Part shown: positions 7,650-15,503 of the stretch, piece after piece
Layout of the letters: each line of letters begins with the position of its first letter
Numbering within the stretch: the first letter of the stretch is position 1
From: Deferrisomatales bacterium
Lineage (GTDB): Bacteria > Desulfobacterota > Deferrisomatia > Deferrisomatales > JACRMM01
Length of the DNA stretch: 64,000 nt
Assembly: GCA_033551855.1 (NCBI GenBank)
Contig: JAWSUI010000005.1
Location: 1-64,000, forward strand
Direction: 5' to 3'
Made by a program: the position numbers and the translations under genes
Notes under the pieces: generated by a model
Told to the model about the DNA's origin: nothing
Databases searched by the model: none
Seen by the model: the letters and a program-made list of their open reading frames with translations, nothing else

Positions 7650-9139
7650 TTCACCATCCCCCCCAAGAGTCTCATCCCTTCCTGGATCTCTGCCTCGATC
7701 CGCGCCAGTTCTGCCAAGATGTCCTTGGGCGCCCGGTGCTCCACCTCCTCGTGTACCACCTCCTTGTAGCGGTTCAGGCTGAGGTCGTAGCCCTGGGCGG
7801 CGATGTCGGCCTTGGGCACGCAGAAGCTCTTCTCGGTGCGGGCTCTCTTCCGCTCGGTGCCGGCGCGCTGGAGCCAGCGGGCGGCCACGTCGGGCAGGTC
7901 GTTCGCCGCCATGGGCTGGCGCTTGTCGTCCAGGGAGAAGCCGTCCGCCTCGACATCGTAGAACCACACCTGATCCGTTCCGCCGGAGTTGGTCTTGGTG
8001 AAGAGGAGGATCGCGGTGGAGACGCCGGCGTAGGGGCGGAAGGCGCCGCCGGGCAGCGAGACGACGCCGTCGAGTTTCTGGTCCTCCACCAGGATGCGGC
8101 GGAGTTTCTTGTGGGCCTTGGAGGAGCCGAAGAGGACGCCGTCGGGCACGATCACCGCCGCGCGGCCGCCGGGCTTGAGGAGCCGCAGGAAGAGGGCCAG
8201 GAAGAGGAGCTCGGTCTTCTTCGTCTTGACGATCTGGAGGAGGTCCTTGGCGGTGTTCTCGTAGTCGAGGCTCCCGGCGAAGGGCGGGTTGGCTAGCACC
8301 AGGGTGTAGCCTTCGGCGTCGCCGGCGTGGTCCTGGGCCAGGGAGTCCTGGTAGCGCACGTCGGGGTTCTCGACGCCGTGGAGGAGCATGTTCATCGAGC
8401 CGATGCGCAGCATGGTGCTGTCGAAGTCGAAGCCGTGGAACATCCCCTTGTGGAAGTGCTCCCGGAGCTTGGGGTCGCGCAGAACTTCCGGATGTTTCTC
8501 CCGCAGGTACTCGCCCGCGGTCACCAGGAAGCCGCAGGTGCCGCTGGCCGGGTCGCAGATGACCTCCTTGGGGCCCGGCGCGGTCATCTCGACCATCAGC
8601 CGGATGATGTGCCGGGGCGTGCGGAACTGGCCGTTCTGCCCGGCCGTGGCGATCTTGCCGAGCATGTACTCGTAGAGGTCGCCCTTGGTGTCGCGGTCCT
8701 CCATGGGCACCTGGTCGATCAGGTCCACCACCTTGGCCAAGAGAGCGGCCTTGGGGATGGTGAAGCGGGCGTCCTTCATGTGGTGGGCGTAAGTGGAGTC
8801 GTCGCCGCCCAGGGTGCGCAGGAAGGGGAAGACGTGCTGGCCGAGTACGTCGAACATCTCCGCCGGGGCGAAGTGCTTGAGCCGCGACCAGCGAAGATCT
8901 TCGTAGGGCCGGCCCCCGCCCTTGCCGATGCCGTCCTTCCCCTTGGGGAAAATGCGCCGCTCCATGGGGCGGCGCAGCCGCGCCGACTTGTTCTCCTCCA
9001 GAGTGTGGAGGTCGTCGAGCCGCCGCAGGAAGAGCAGGTAGGTGATCTGCTCGATCACCTCCAGCGGATTCGAGATGCCCCCCGACCAGAAGGCGTCCCA
9101 GATGCGGTCGACCTGGTTGCGGATGTCCCCGGTCAGCAT
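7646..9139 (-). CDS. hsdM: Type I R-M N6-adenine methyltransferase subunit M
   Basis: GQFRTPRHII, DPASGTCGFL, ANPPF, VIVPDGVLF. Confidence 0.95.
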   Translation of the reverse strand: MLTGDIRNQVDRIWDAFWSGGISNPLEVIEQITYLLFLRRLDDLHTLEENKSARLRRPMERRIFPKGKDGIGKGGGRPYEDLRWSRLKHFAPAEMFDVLGQHVFPFLRTLGGDDSTYAHHMKDARFTIPKAALLAKVVDLIDQVPMEDRDTKGDLYEYMLGKIATAGQNGQFRTPRHIIRLMVEMTAPGPKEVICDPASGTCGFLVTAGEYLREKHPEVLRDPKLREHFHKGMFHGFDFDSTMLRIGSMNMLLHGVENPDVRYQDSLAQDHAGDAEGYTLVLANPPFAGSLDYENTAKDLLQIVKTKKTELLFLALFLRLLKPGGRAAVIVPDGVLFGSSKAHKKLRRILVEDQKLDGVVSLPGGAFRPYAGVSTAILLFTKTNSGGTDQVWFYDVEADGFSLDDKRQPMAANDLPDVAARWLQRAGTERKRARTEKSFCVPKADIAAQGYDLSLNRYKEVVHEEVEHRAPKDILAELARIEAEIQEGMRLLGGMVK

Positions 9140-9146
9140 GTTCCTC

Positions 9147-10112
9147 CTATTCTCCTCGATCCATTCGGGCCCGCACCGTCTCCGGGTGGGCAGGGGCAGT
9201 GCCTTCTTCCGGGGCGCAGCCGCCCGCCAGGACCTCCAGCCCCCGGAGGGCGGCGGCGCGGTAGACAGGTTCCAGGGCGTCGGCGGGGCGCGCCTGGCCG
9301 CGCCAGAAGGGGAAGGGGCAGAGCCGGCGCAGGAGGGCTGCGGAGACGGCCGGAGCCGAGGCCGGGCCGAACAGGTCCTCCTCAGCGGGCCGCCCGCCCC
9401 AAAAGGCCTCGGGAGCAGCGGGTAGCGGTTCGGGGGCGGCCGCTCCCAGTCCTTCTTCGCCTGCCGGGCCGGTGGCGGGCTCCCCGTCGCTCGCGCCGCC
9501 CGCGCCGCCCAGGAGGGTGGTCAGCTCCTCGCGCTCGAGGCCCCGGAGCCGGAAGATCAGGAAGGGGTCCCGGTCGAACTCCTCGCCCAGCAGGTAGTAG
9601 ACGGCGGCGATGTGCTTGCAGGGGTTGGACCAGTCGGGGCAGGAGCAGTCGGTGGCGAGGTCTCCGGCCCGCTCGGGGAAGAGGGAGACGCGAGCCTCGG
9701 CGAAGGCGGTCTCGATGTCCTGGGGCATCTCCCCGGCAAGCAGCTTGGCCGCGAACAGGGCCTGGCGGGAGAGGACGGCGCCGACCTTCTCCCACGCGGC
9801 CCGGGTCAGGGGCTTGACCTGGAGGGTCACCCCGTAGGGCTTGGCCCGAGAGCCCTGGACCCGGGCGGTCACCCGGCCCTTCTCCACGTTCACGTCGAGC
9901 ACCTGGCCGCTGCGGGCGTAGGAGCGGCCGCGCCCGAGGCGGGCGCCGATGCGAAAGCCCTCGAGGACGGCGATCCAACGCTTGGCCCACCAGCTCTTGC
10001 CGAACCCGCCGCGCTGGGACTCGGCCACGATACCCCCCGCGGCCTCTCGGGGCCGGGACGGAGGGAAGTAACCGAAATCGTCGTCATAGTACCTGCTGCG
10101 CCTTCGCGCCAT
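9147..10112 (-). CDS. SWIM zinc-finger protein
   Basis: CSCPD....CKHIAA motif, RLGRGRSYARSG, FDRDPF. Confidence 0.9.
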   Translation of the reverse strand: MARRRSRYYDDDFGYFPPSRPREAAGGIVAESQRGGFGKSWWAKRWIAVLEGFRIGARLGRGRSYARSGQVLDVNVEKGRVTARVQGSRAKPYGVTLQVKPLTRAAWEKVGAVLSRQALFAAKLLAGEMPQDIETAFAEARVSLFPERAGDLATDCSCPDWSNPCKHIAAVYYLLGEEFDRDPFLIFRLRGLEREELTTLLGGAGGASDGEPATGPAGEEGLGAAAPEPLPAAPEAFWGGRPAEEDLFGPASAPAVSAALLRRLCPFPFWRGQARPADALEPVYRAAALRGLEVLAGGCAPEEGTAPAHPETVRARMDRGE

Positions 10113-10124
10113 GGGACGGCCCTC

Positions 10125-13100
10125 CTACTCCCCCACCGCGTCGCGGCGCAGCCGGAAGAGCTCCTGGAGCTCCCGGGTCGACAGCTCGGTGAGCCAGCCC
10201 TCCCCTGTGCCCACCACCTCCTCGGCGACTGCGCGTTTGGCTTCGATCAACTCGTCGATCTTCTCCTCCAGGGTGCCCGCGCACAGGAACTTGTGGACCT
10301 GCACGTTGCGGGTCTGCCCGATGCGGAAGGCCCGGTCGGTGGCCTGGTTCTCCACCGCCGGGTTCCACCAGCGGTCGAAGTGGAACACGTGGTTGGCGGC
10401 GGTGAGGTTGAGGCCGGTGCCCCCGGCCTTGAGGGAGAGGAGGAAGACCCGGGGGCCGTGACCGTCACCCCCGTCCTCTTGAAACCGCTCCACCATCCGG
10501 TCCCGCGCCACCTTGGCCACGCCGCCGTGGAGGAAGGGCACCTCGCGGCCGAAGGACTCCTGCAGGTGGCGCCGCAAGAGCTCGCCCATCTCGGCGAACT
10601 GGGTGAAGACCAGGGCCTTCTCCCCCACAGCGGCGATCTCCTCGAGCATCTCGGTGAGGCGCGCGAGTTTGCCCGAGCGGCCCGGGATCGCCGAGTTGTC
10701 GCCCAGGAACTGGGCCGGGTGGTTGCACACCTGTTTGAGCTTCATCAGTGTAGCCAGCACGATGCCCTTGCGCTGGATGCCCTCGGCCTCTTCCAGGGCC
10801 CGGCCGGCCTCGTCCACCACCGCGGCATAGAGCGACGCCTGCTCCCGGGTGAGGGTGCAGAAGACCTTCATCTCGAGCTTCTCGGGCAGGTCGGCGATGA
10901 TCGACCGGTCGGTCTTCAGGCGCCGCAGCACGAAGGGGCCCGTGAGGCGCTTGAGCCGTGCGGCGGCCTCGGGGTCGCGGCCGGCCTGGATGGGCAGGAA
11001 GAAGCGGCGCCGGAACTCGGCCCGGGTGCCCAGGAGCCCGGGGTTGAGGAACTCCATGAGGGACCAGAGATCCCCCACGTTGTTCTCCACCGGGGTGCCG
11101 GTGAGGGCGAGCCGATAGTCGGCGGGGAGGCCCCGGGCGGCCCGGGCCTGCTGGGTCTCGGGGTTCTTGATGTTCTGGGCCTCGTCGAGGATCACGCCCG
11201 CCCAAGGGACCCCGGCGAGCACCGCGGCGTCCCGGTGCAGGAGGGCGTAGCTCGAGAGCACCAGGGCGTGGCGGCCGGCCTCGGCGCGGAAGGCCTCGCC
11301 CTTGGCCCGGGACACCCCGTGGTGGACGAGCACCGGGAGGTCCGGGGCGAAGCGCTCGGCCTCCTTCTGCCAGTTGCCCACCACCGAGGTGGGGCAGACC
11401 AGGAGCACCGGGCGGCGTTCCTCGGGGGCCGTTGCCGTCCAGTCGCGGAGCACCAGGGCCAGGGCCTGGATGGTCTTCCCCAGCCCCATGTCGTCGGCGA
11501 GACACGCCCCGAGCCCCCACTGGCGCAGGAACCCGAGCCACGAGTAGCCGCGGCACTGGTAGGGGCGCAGCTCGGCCCGGAGGGCGACGGGGGGCGCGAG
11601 CTCTGCGAAGGCCCCGTCCCCGGTGAGGCGGGCCAGAAGGTCGCCGACCCAGCCCGCGGCCTCCACCCCCTCCACCGGGAGCGCTCCCGGGCCGTCACCC
11701 TGGCCCAGGGACAGGCGCAGCACGTCGCGCACCGTCATCCGCTCCGCCCCCTTCTTCTTCCACAGGGCCAGGGCGGCCTTGAGCTCGGCCCCGTCCACCT
11801 CGACCCATTGGCCCCGCACCCGCACCAGGGGGCTCTTGAGGGCGGCCAGCTCCTGTAGCTCAGCCAGGGTCATGGTCTCCCCGCCCAGGGCGGCCTGCCA
11901 GCGGAACTCCACCAGGGCGTCCAGGGTGAGCCCGCCGCCTGCGGACAGCTTGGGGCTCTTCACCTGGGCGCGGACGCCCAGGCGCACCCGGCTGCCCCGG
12001 CCGGTCCACCAGGCCGGCAGGAGGACGCCGAACCCGGCCTGCTCCAGGGCACCGGCAGTCTCGACCAGGAAGTCGCGGGCGCCGTCGCCGTCGAGGGCGT
12101 ACCCCTCGGGGGCCGGTGACCGAAGGCTCTGCTCGATCGCGGGGCACAGGCCTGCGGCCTGGCCCAGGGCCCCCAGGAGGTAGTGCCGGGGGTCGGCCCC
12201 GCCGCGGGCCAGCAGGGCCTTCTTCTTGCCCTTGGCGCTCCACACCTCCCCGGCCGGCAGGAGCAGGCTGGGATCGTCCAGGGGCTGGAGGAGGTAGCGC
12301 ACCTGCCAGGGGGCCGCGCCGTCCTCCTCCGGCGGCTCCTCCAGCCGGAAGCACAGGCGCAGGGGCGAGGCGGAGACGGCGTCCAGGGGGCGGTGCCACT
12401 CGCCGACGGCCCGCGCCAGGGCGGCCAGCTCATCGGCCGTGCCGGTCAGGGCGGGGTCGGGGGCCACCAGGGCGGCGAGCCACTGGTCGTGCAGGCTCGG
12501 GAGAGGGGTGCGCTTGCGGGCGGGGCTGGGCCGGGGGGAGAGGACGGAGGAGCGGACCAGGTGGTCCAGCGCCCGCGCGACGAAGCGCGCGAGGAGGCCC
12601 GCGGCCGTCCCCTCGGGGAGCGCTGCCGGGTCCGCCCCGAGGGCCCGAGCCGCCGGGGGCATGGCGGCCGCCAAGGCGGCCAGGCGCTCCCGGTCCTCGG
12701 CCAGGGGGGCGGGCTGCCAGCGGGCGCACCACGCCTTGCCTTCCCCGCTTACGCCCGGGAGAAACCGCTCCCGGGCCGCGAGCGCGCCGGTGAAGCGCAG
12801 GGCGAGTGTCCAGAAGGCCAGGTCCGGCCCCACCAGCACCCCCGCCTCCAGCACCTCCTGGCCGGCGCAAGCGCAGAGGAAGTCAGCGGCGACGCCCGGC
12901 GCCAGGGGCAGGGCGGTGACGGTCCAGGGCCGCAGGCTCGTCTCCCCGGCCGGGGGCGGCTCCGCCTCCAGGAGCCCGTTCGAGGCCAGGGGGTGTTCCC
13001 CGATGGTCGGGAGCCAGGCGGTGAGCTGCCGGGGGGCGGCGTAGACCGTGGTCAGGTCGACGCCGCCCGCGGCGAGGGCCGCCGCGATCCCTTCCAGGCC

Positions 13101-13262
13101 GCCGTCACGGCCCAGGGGCTGGGCAGCCGCCGGGGGCTTCTTCGGCCCCCTGCCCCGGCGGGGCCTGGGCGCCGGCGGCGGCGCTTCCCCGGCAGCCGGG
13201 TCGGGGCCCTCTGTCCAGAGGTGGAGGGCGTCCTCCAGAAAGGCGGCGTGGGCGATCCACAT
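10125..13262 (-). CDS. SNF2-family helicase/ATPase
   Basis: LRPYQ, LADDMGLGKT, LDEAQNIKN, TGTPVEN, SLKAGGTGLNL, QATDRAFRIGQ; start MWIAHA at 13262. Confidence 0.93.
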   Translation of the reverse strand: MWIAHAAFLEDALHLWTEGPDPAAGEAPPPAPRPRRGRGPKKPPAAAQPLGRDGGLEGIAAALAAGGVDLTTVYAAPRQLTAWLPTIGEHPLASNGLLEAEPPPAGETSLRPWTVTALPLAPGVAADFLCACAGQEVLEAGVLVGPDLAFWTLALRFTGALAARERFLPGVSGEGKAWCARWQPAPLAEDRERLAALAAAMPPAARALGADPAALPEGTAAGLLARFVARALDHLVRSSVLSPRPSPARKRTPLPSLHDQWLAALVAPDPALTGTADELAALARAVGEWHRPLDAVSASPLRLCFRLEEPPEEDGAAPWQVRYLLQPLDDPSLLLPAGEVWSAKGKKKALLARGGADPRHYLLGALGQAAGLCPAIEQSLRSPAPEGYALDGDGARDFLVETAGALEQAGFGVLLPAWWTGRGSRVRLGVRAQVKSPKLSAGGGLTLDALVEFRWQAALGGETMTLAELQELAALKSPLVRVRGQWVEVDGAELKAALALWKKKGAERMTVRDVLRLSLGQGDGPGALPVEGVEAAGWVGDLLARLTGDGAFAELAPPVALRAELRPYQCRGYSWLGFLRQWGLGACLADDMGLGKTIQALALVLRDWTATAPEERRPVLLVCPTSVVGNWQKEAERFAPDLPVLVHHGVSRAKGEAFRAEAGRHALVLSSYALLHRDAAVLAGVPWAGVILDEAQNIKNPETQQARAARGLPADYRLALTGTPVENNVGDLWSLMEFLNPGLLGTRAEFRRRFFLPIQAGRDPEAAARLKRLTGPFVLRRLKTDRSIIADLPEKLEMKVFCTLTREQASLYAAVVDEAGRALEEAEGIQRKGIVLATLMKLKQVCNHPAQFLGDNSAIPGRSGKLARLTEMLEEIAAVGEKALVFTQFAEMGELLRRHLQESFGREVPFLHGGVAKVARDRMVERFQEDGGDGHGPRVFLLSLKAGGTGLNLTAANHVFHFDRWWNPAVENQATDRAFRIGQTRNVQVHKFLCAGTLEEKIDELIEAKRAVAEEVVGTGEGWLTELSTRELQELFRLRRDAVGE

Positions 13263-13278
13263 GGTCGAACACTCTTCC

Positions 13279-13824
13279 TCAGCGCTTCCGCAGCGGCGCC
13301 AGCCGCCGGTCGGCGTCCTCGGCGGCAAAGGCCGCGGGGGCCCACTCGCCCCCCAGCCACTCCACGCGCTAGACCCGCTCCGGGTGCCCGGGGTCGGCCG
13401 GTACCTCGAGGAGCTCCGCGTAGCCCCACACCCCGCCGCAGTCCTCGGGCGGGCACGCCCGCTTGCCGGCGACGCACGTGGGAAGGGCGGTGGCCGGGGC
13501 GGGGGCCAGGATCTTCTCGACCAGGATCGTGTGCTCCCACCCGTCGCCGAAGTCGTAGAGGTAGGTGAATTTGTCCTTCACCTCGGGAGCGAGGGAGGAC
13601 AGCGCGACCCGGCGCTCGTCCATCACCTCGCCGGGCGCGCCCCACTCCGGGTCGCGGCGGCCGATGCGCACTCCGCGCCCCACGTGGAACTCGTGGAGCC
13701 GGGAGAGCCTGGTGTCTCCGGCCACCAGAACGCGGCGCCAGATCGGGGGGCGGCTGCCCTTCAGCGTGACCTTGAGCTGGCGCACGGGAGCCAGAGGCTT
13801 GGCGGGGCGATTCTTCGGGGGCAT
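13279..13824 (-). pseudogene. pRiA4b ORF-3 family protein, probably inactivated (in-frame TAG at 13369-13371, apparent internal deletion)
   Basis: PPIWRR, YLYDFGDGWEH, ACPPEDCGG..GY; frame continues past TAG as RVEWLGGEWAPAAF...LRKR*. Confidence 0.75.
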
Positions 13825-13952
13825 GGGATCCTCCTTCGCCCGACGGCTTCTCACGGGAAACGCAGGGCCGTCCACGTACCCCATCTTCGCGCCTCGGTAG
13901 CATGGGGACGCGCCGCGGGTCAAGCGGAGCTCCGGGAACTCCGGGACCCAAG

Positions 13953-14342
13953 GTGGATCGGCTGATCCGGTCCAAGGAAATCGTCGCCCTCACTGGTCTG
14001 TCGGCGTCGACCATCGGGCGCAGGAAACGGGCGGGGGACTTCCCCCGGCGGCAACGGATCAGCCCAGGTGCGGTGGGGTGGCTCGCCTCGGAGGTGCAAG
14101 GCTGGATCGACGCGAGACAGTGCGCTCGGGGCACATCTGCGCCCTCGGGTCATCGGTGGCCCGCCGCTTCGGCAGGAAGGTGGGCGGTGCGGGCAGGCTA
14201 TGGCGGAGTTTCCAGCGGGCGAAAAAGGGACACCAAAAGAAACACCTATGGCACACCCAAAGACAAAGGGCTTACGGAGCGAATCCGTAAGCCCTTGATA
14301 TTGCTGGTCGGGACGAGGAGATTCGAACTCCTGACCCCCTGA
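13953..14342 (+). CDS. AlpA-family phage regulator / recombination directionality factor; frame runs on into the tRNA
   Basis: RLIRSKEIVALTGLSASTI.R....GDFP....I....VGWLASEVQGWI; homology covers only the first ~55 aa. Confidence 0.75.
   Translation: MDRLIRSKEIVALTGLSASTIGRRKRAGDFPRRQRISPGAVGWLASEVQGWIDARQCARGTSAPSGHRWPAASAGRWAVRAGYGGVSSGRKRDTKRNTYGTPKDKGLTERIRKPLILLVGTRRFELLTP
14228..14300 (-). promoter_or_regulatory. att-like junction: IHF consensus, 13-bp hairpin (possible tRNA terminator) and three ACACC repeats
   Basis: Minus strand TATCAAGGGCTTA (14288-14300) fits WATCAANNNNTTR; AAGGGCTTACGGA/TCCGTAAGCCCTT at 14266-14296; ACACC at 14230, 14242, 14253. Confidence 0.6.
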
Positions 14343-14381
14343 ACCCCATTCAGGTGCGCTACCAGGCTGCGCCACGTCCCG
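14305..14381 (-). tRNA. tRNA-Pro(GGG)
   Basis: CGGGACGTGGCGCAGCCTGGTAGCGCACCTGAATGGGGTTCAGGGGGTCAGGAGTTCGAATCTCCTCGTCCCGACCA folds as a cloverleaf with encoded CCA. Confidence 0.97.
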
Positions 14382-14393
14382 ACATATCTCTTT

Positions 14394-14744
14394 TCATCCC
14401 CGCGCCAGCAAGCGGAGAATCTCCTGCAACTCCCTCCTCACTTGCCGAAGGGCCCCCGCCCCGTCCGTACCAGCCTCCCCCGCCCGGACGGTCCTCCACT
14501 CCTCGCGGAAGCGCCTCTTTGCGCCGGCGATGGTGAAGCGGTCCTGGTACAGCAGCTTCTTGATCGTCAGGACCTTCTGCAGATCCTGCTGGGTGTAGAG
14601 CCTCTGGTTCCCTTCGTTCTTTTCCGGGGAGAGGAAGCCGAACTCCGTCTCCCAGTACCGCAGCACGTGGGGTTTGACCCCCGCGATATCCGCGACCTCG
14701 CCGATGCGGTAGTAGAGCTTCTGGGATATGGGCCTGGCGCCCAA
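14394..14744 (-). CDS. MerR-family HTH regulator (ihfA-linked)
   Basis: KLYYRIGEVA...HVLRYWETEF, RLY, FTIAGAK; TTG start after GAGGAGG; conserved ihfA-merR-tRNA-Pro order. Confidence 0.88.
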   Translation of the reverse strand: MGARPISQKLYYRIGEVADIAGVKPHVLRYWETEFGFLSPEKNEGNQRLYTQQDLQKVLTIKKLLYQDRFTIAGAKRRFREEWRTVRAGEAGTDGAGALRQVRRELQEILRLLARG

Positions 14745-15126
14745 CCGCGACCCTCCTCGCCCGGAAAGCCCGGCGATCTTAGCAACCCACCCCCGAAAAG
14801 GCAACCGACTTGTTGCCCCTGGATCCACCACCTGGAACGTGCTCGGGGTCGGGGAGCCCCCCCGCTCCGCCCCGCAATCCGCGATATCCGGACGAGGCGT
14901 TGGCGAGGAAGCGGGTACGCCCCGCTTCACCCGTTTCTGCGGGCTTGGGCCCATCGGTCGAGGCGGTACGGGGCTGCGCTCCACGGCGCCCCGACCCCGC
15001 CCGAAAATCCGAGTCGCGGAATCTGCTGCCCCGAGCTGCCCGCCCCGGAGGGGAGTGGGGATCCCGAGGAGCCCTTGCGTTTCGACGCGAAAGCCGGGAC
15101 GGCCGGCACCGGCACCCCCGGCCGCG

Positions 15127-15405
15127 TCACCGCTGGTTGAGGCGGTCCTTGAGCACCTGGCTCGGCTTGAAGGTCAGCACCTGGCGCTCGGTGATCACGA
15201 TCTCCTCGCCGGTCTGGGGGTTGCGCCCCTTGCGGGGCTCCTTCCGGCGGAGCTCGAAGTTTCCGAAGCCGCTGATCTTCACCTTCTCCCCGGTCTCCAG
15301 CGCCTCCTTGACGAGGTCGAGCACGAGGGCCACGACCTCGGACGAGCGCTTCTTGCTGAACCCCACCCTCTGGTGGATGGCCTCCACGATGTCGGACTTG
15401 GTCAT
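15127..15405 (-). CDS. ihfA: Integration host factor alpha
   Basis: MTKSDIV, VKISGFGNF, GRNPQTGEE, TFKPS; follows pheT. Confidence 0.93.
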   Translation of the reverse strand: MTKSDIVEAIHQRVGFSKKRSSEVVALVLDLVKEALETGEKVKISGFGNFELRRKEPRKGRNPQTGEEIVITERQVLTFKPSQVLKDRLNQR

Positions 15406-15503
15406 GGCCGGTGTCCTTTCCTTGCTGTCCGAAGGCGGTGCCGCGGGCCGCGGATCCCGGCCGTCACGGCGCAAAACGGGGCGAGAGCTCCCGTGCTCTT
15501 CCC

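Larger units (their letters stand above)
1..14304. mobile_element. Defence/genomic island integrated at the 3' end of tRNA-Pro(GGG); left boundary outside the window
   Basis: Type I R-M, AbiE, SNF2/SWIM and AlpA genes lie directly downstream of a tRNA 3' end carrying an IHF consensus and short direct repeats; core operon on the other side. Confidence 0.7.

Noticed and set aside
13369..13371. Pyrrolysine or programmed amber readthrough
   Set aside because: The gene also appears internally deleted and no pyl genes are visible; decay is simpler
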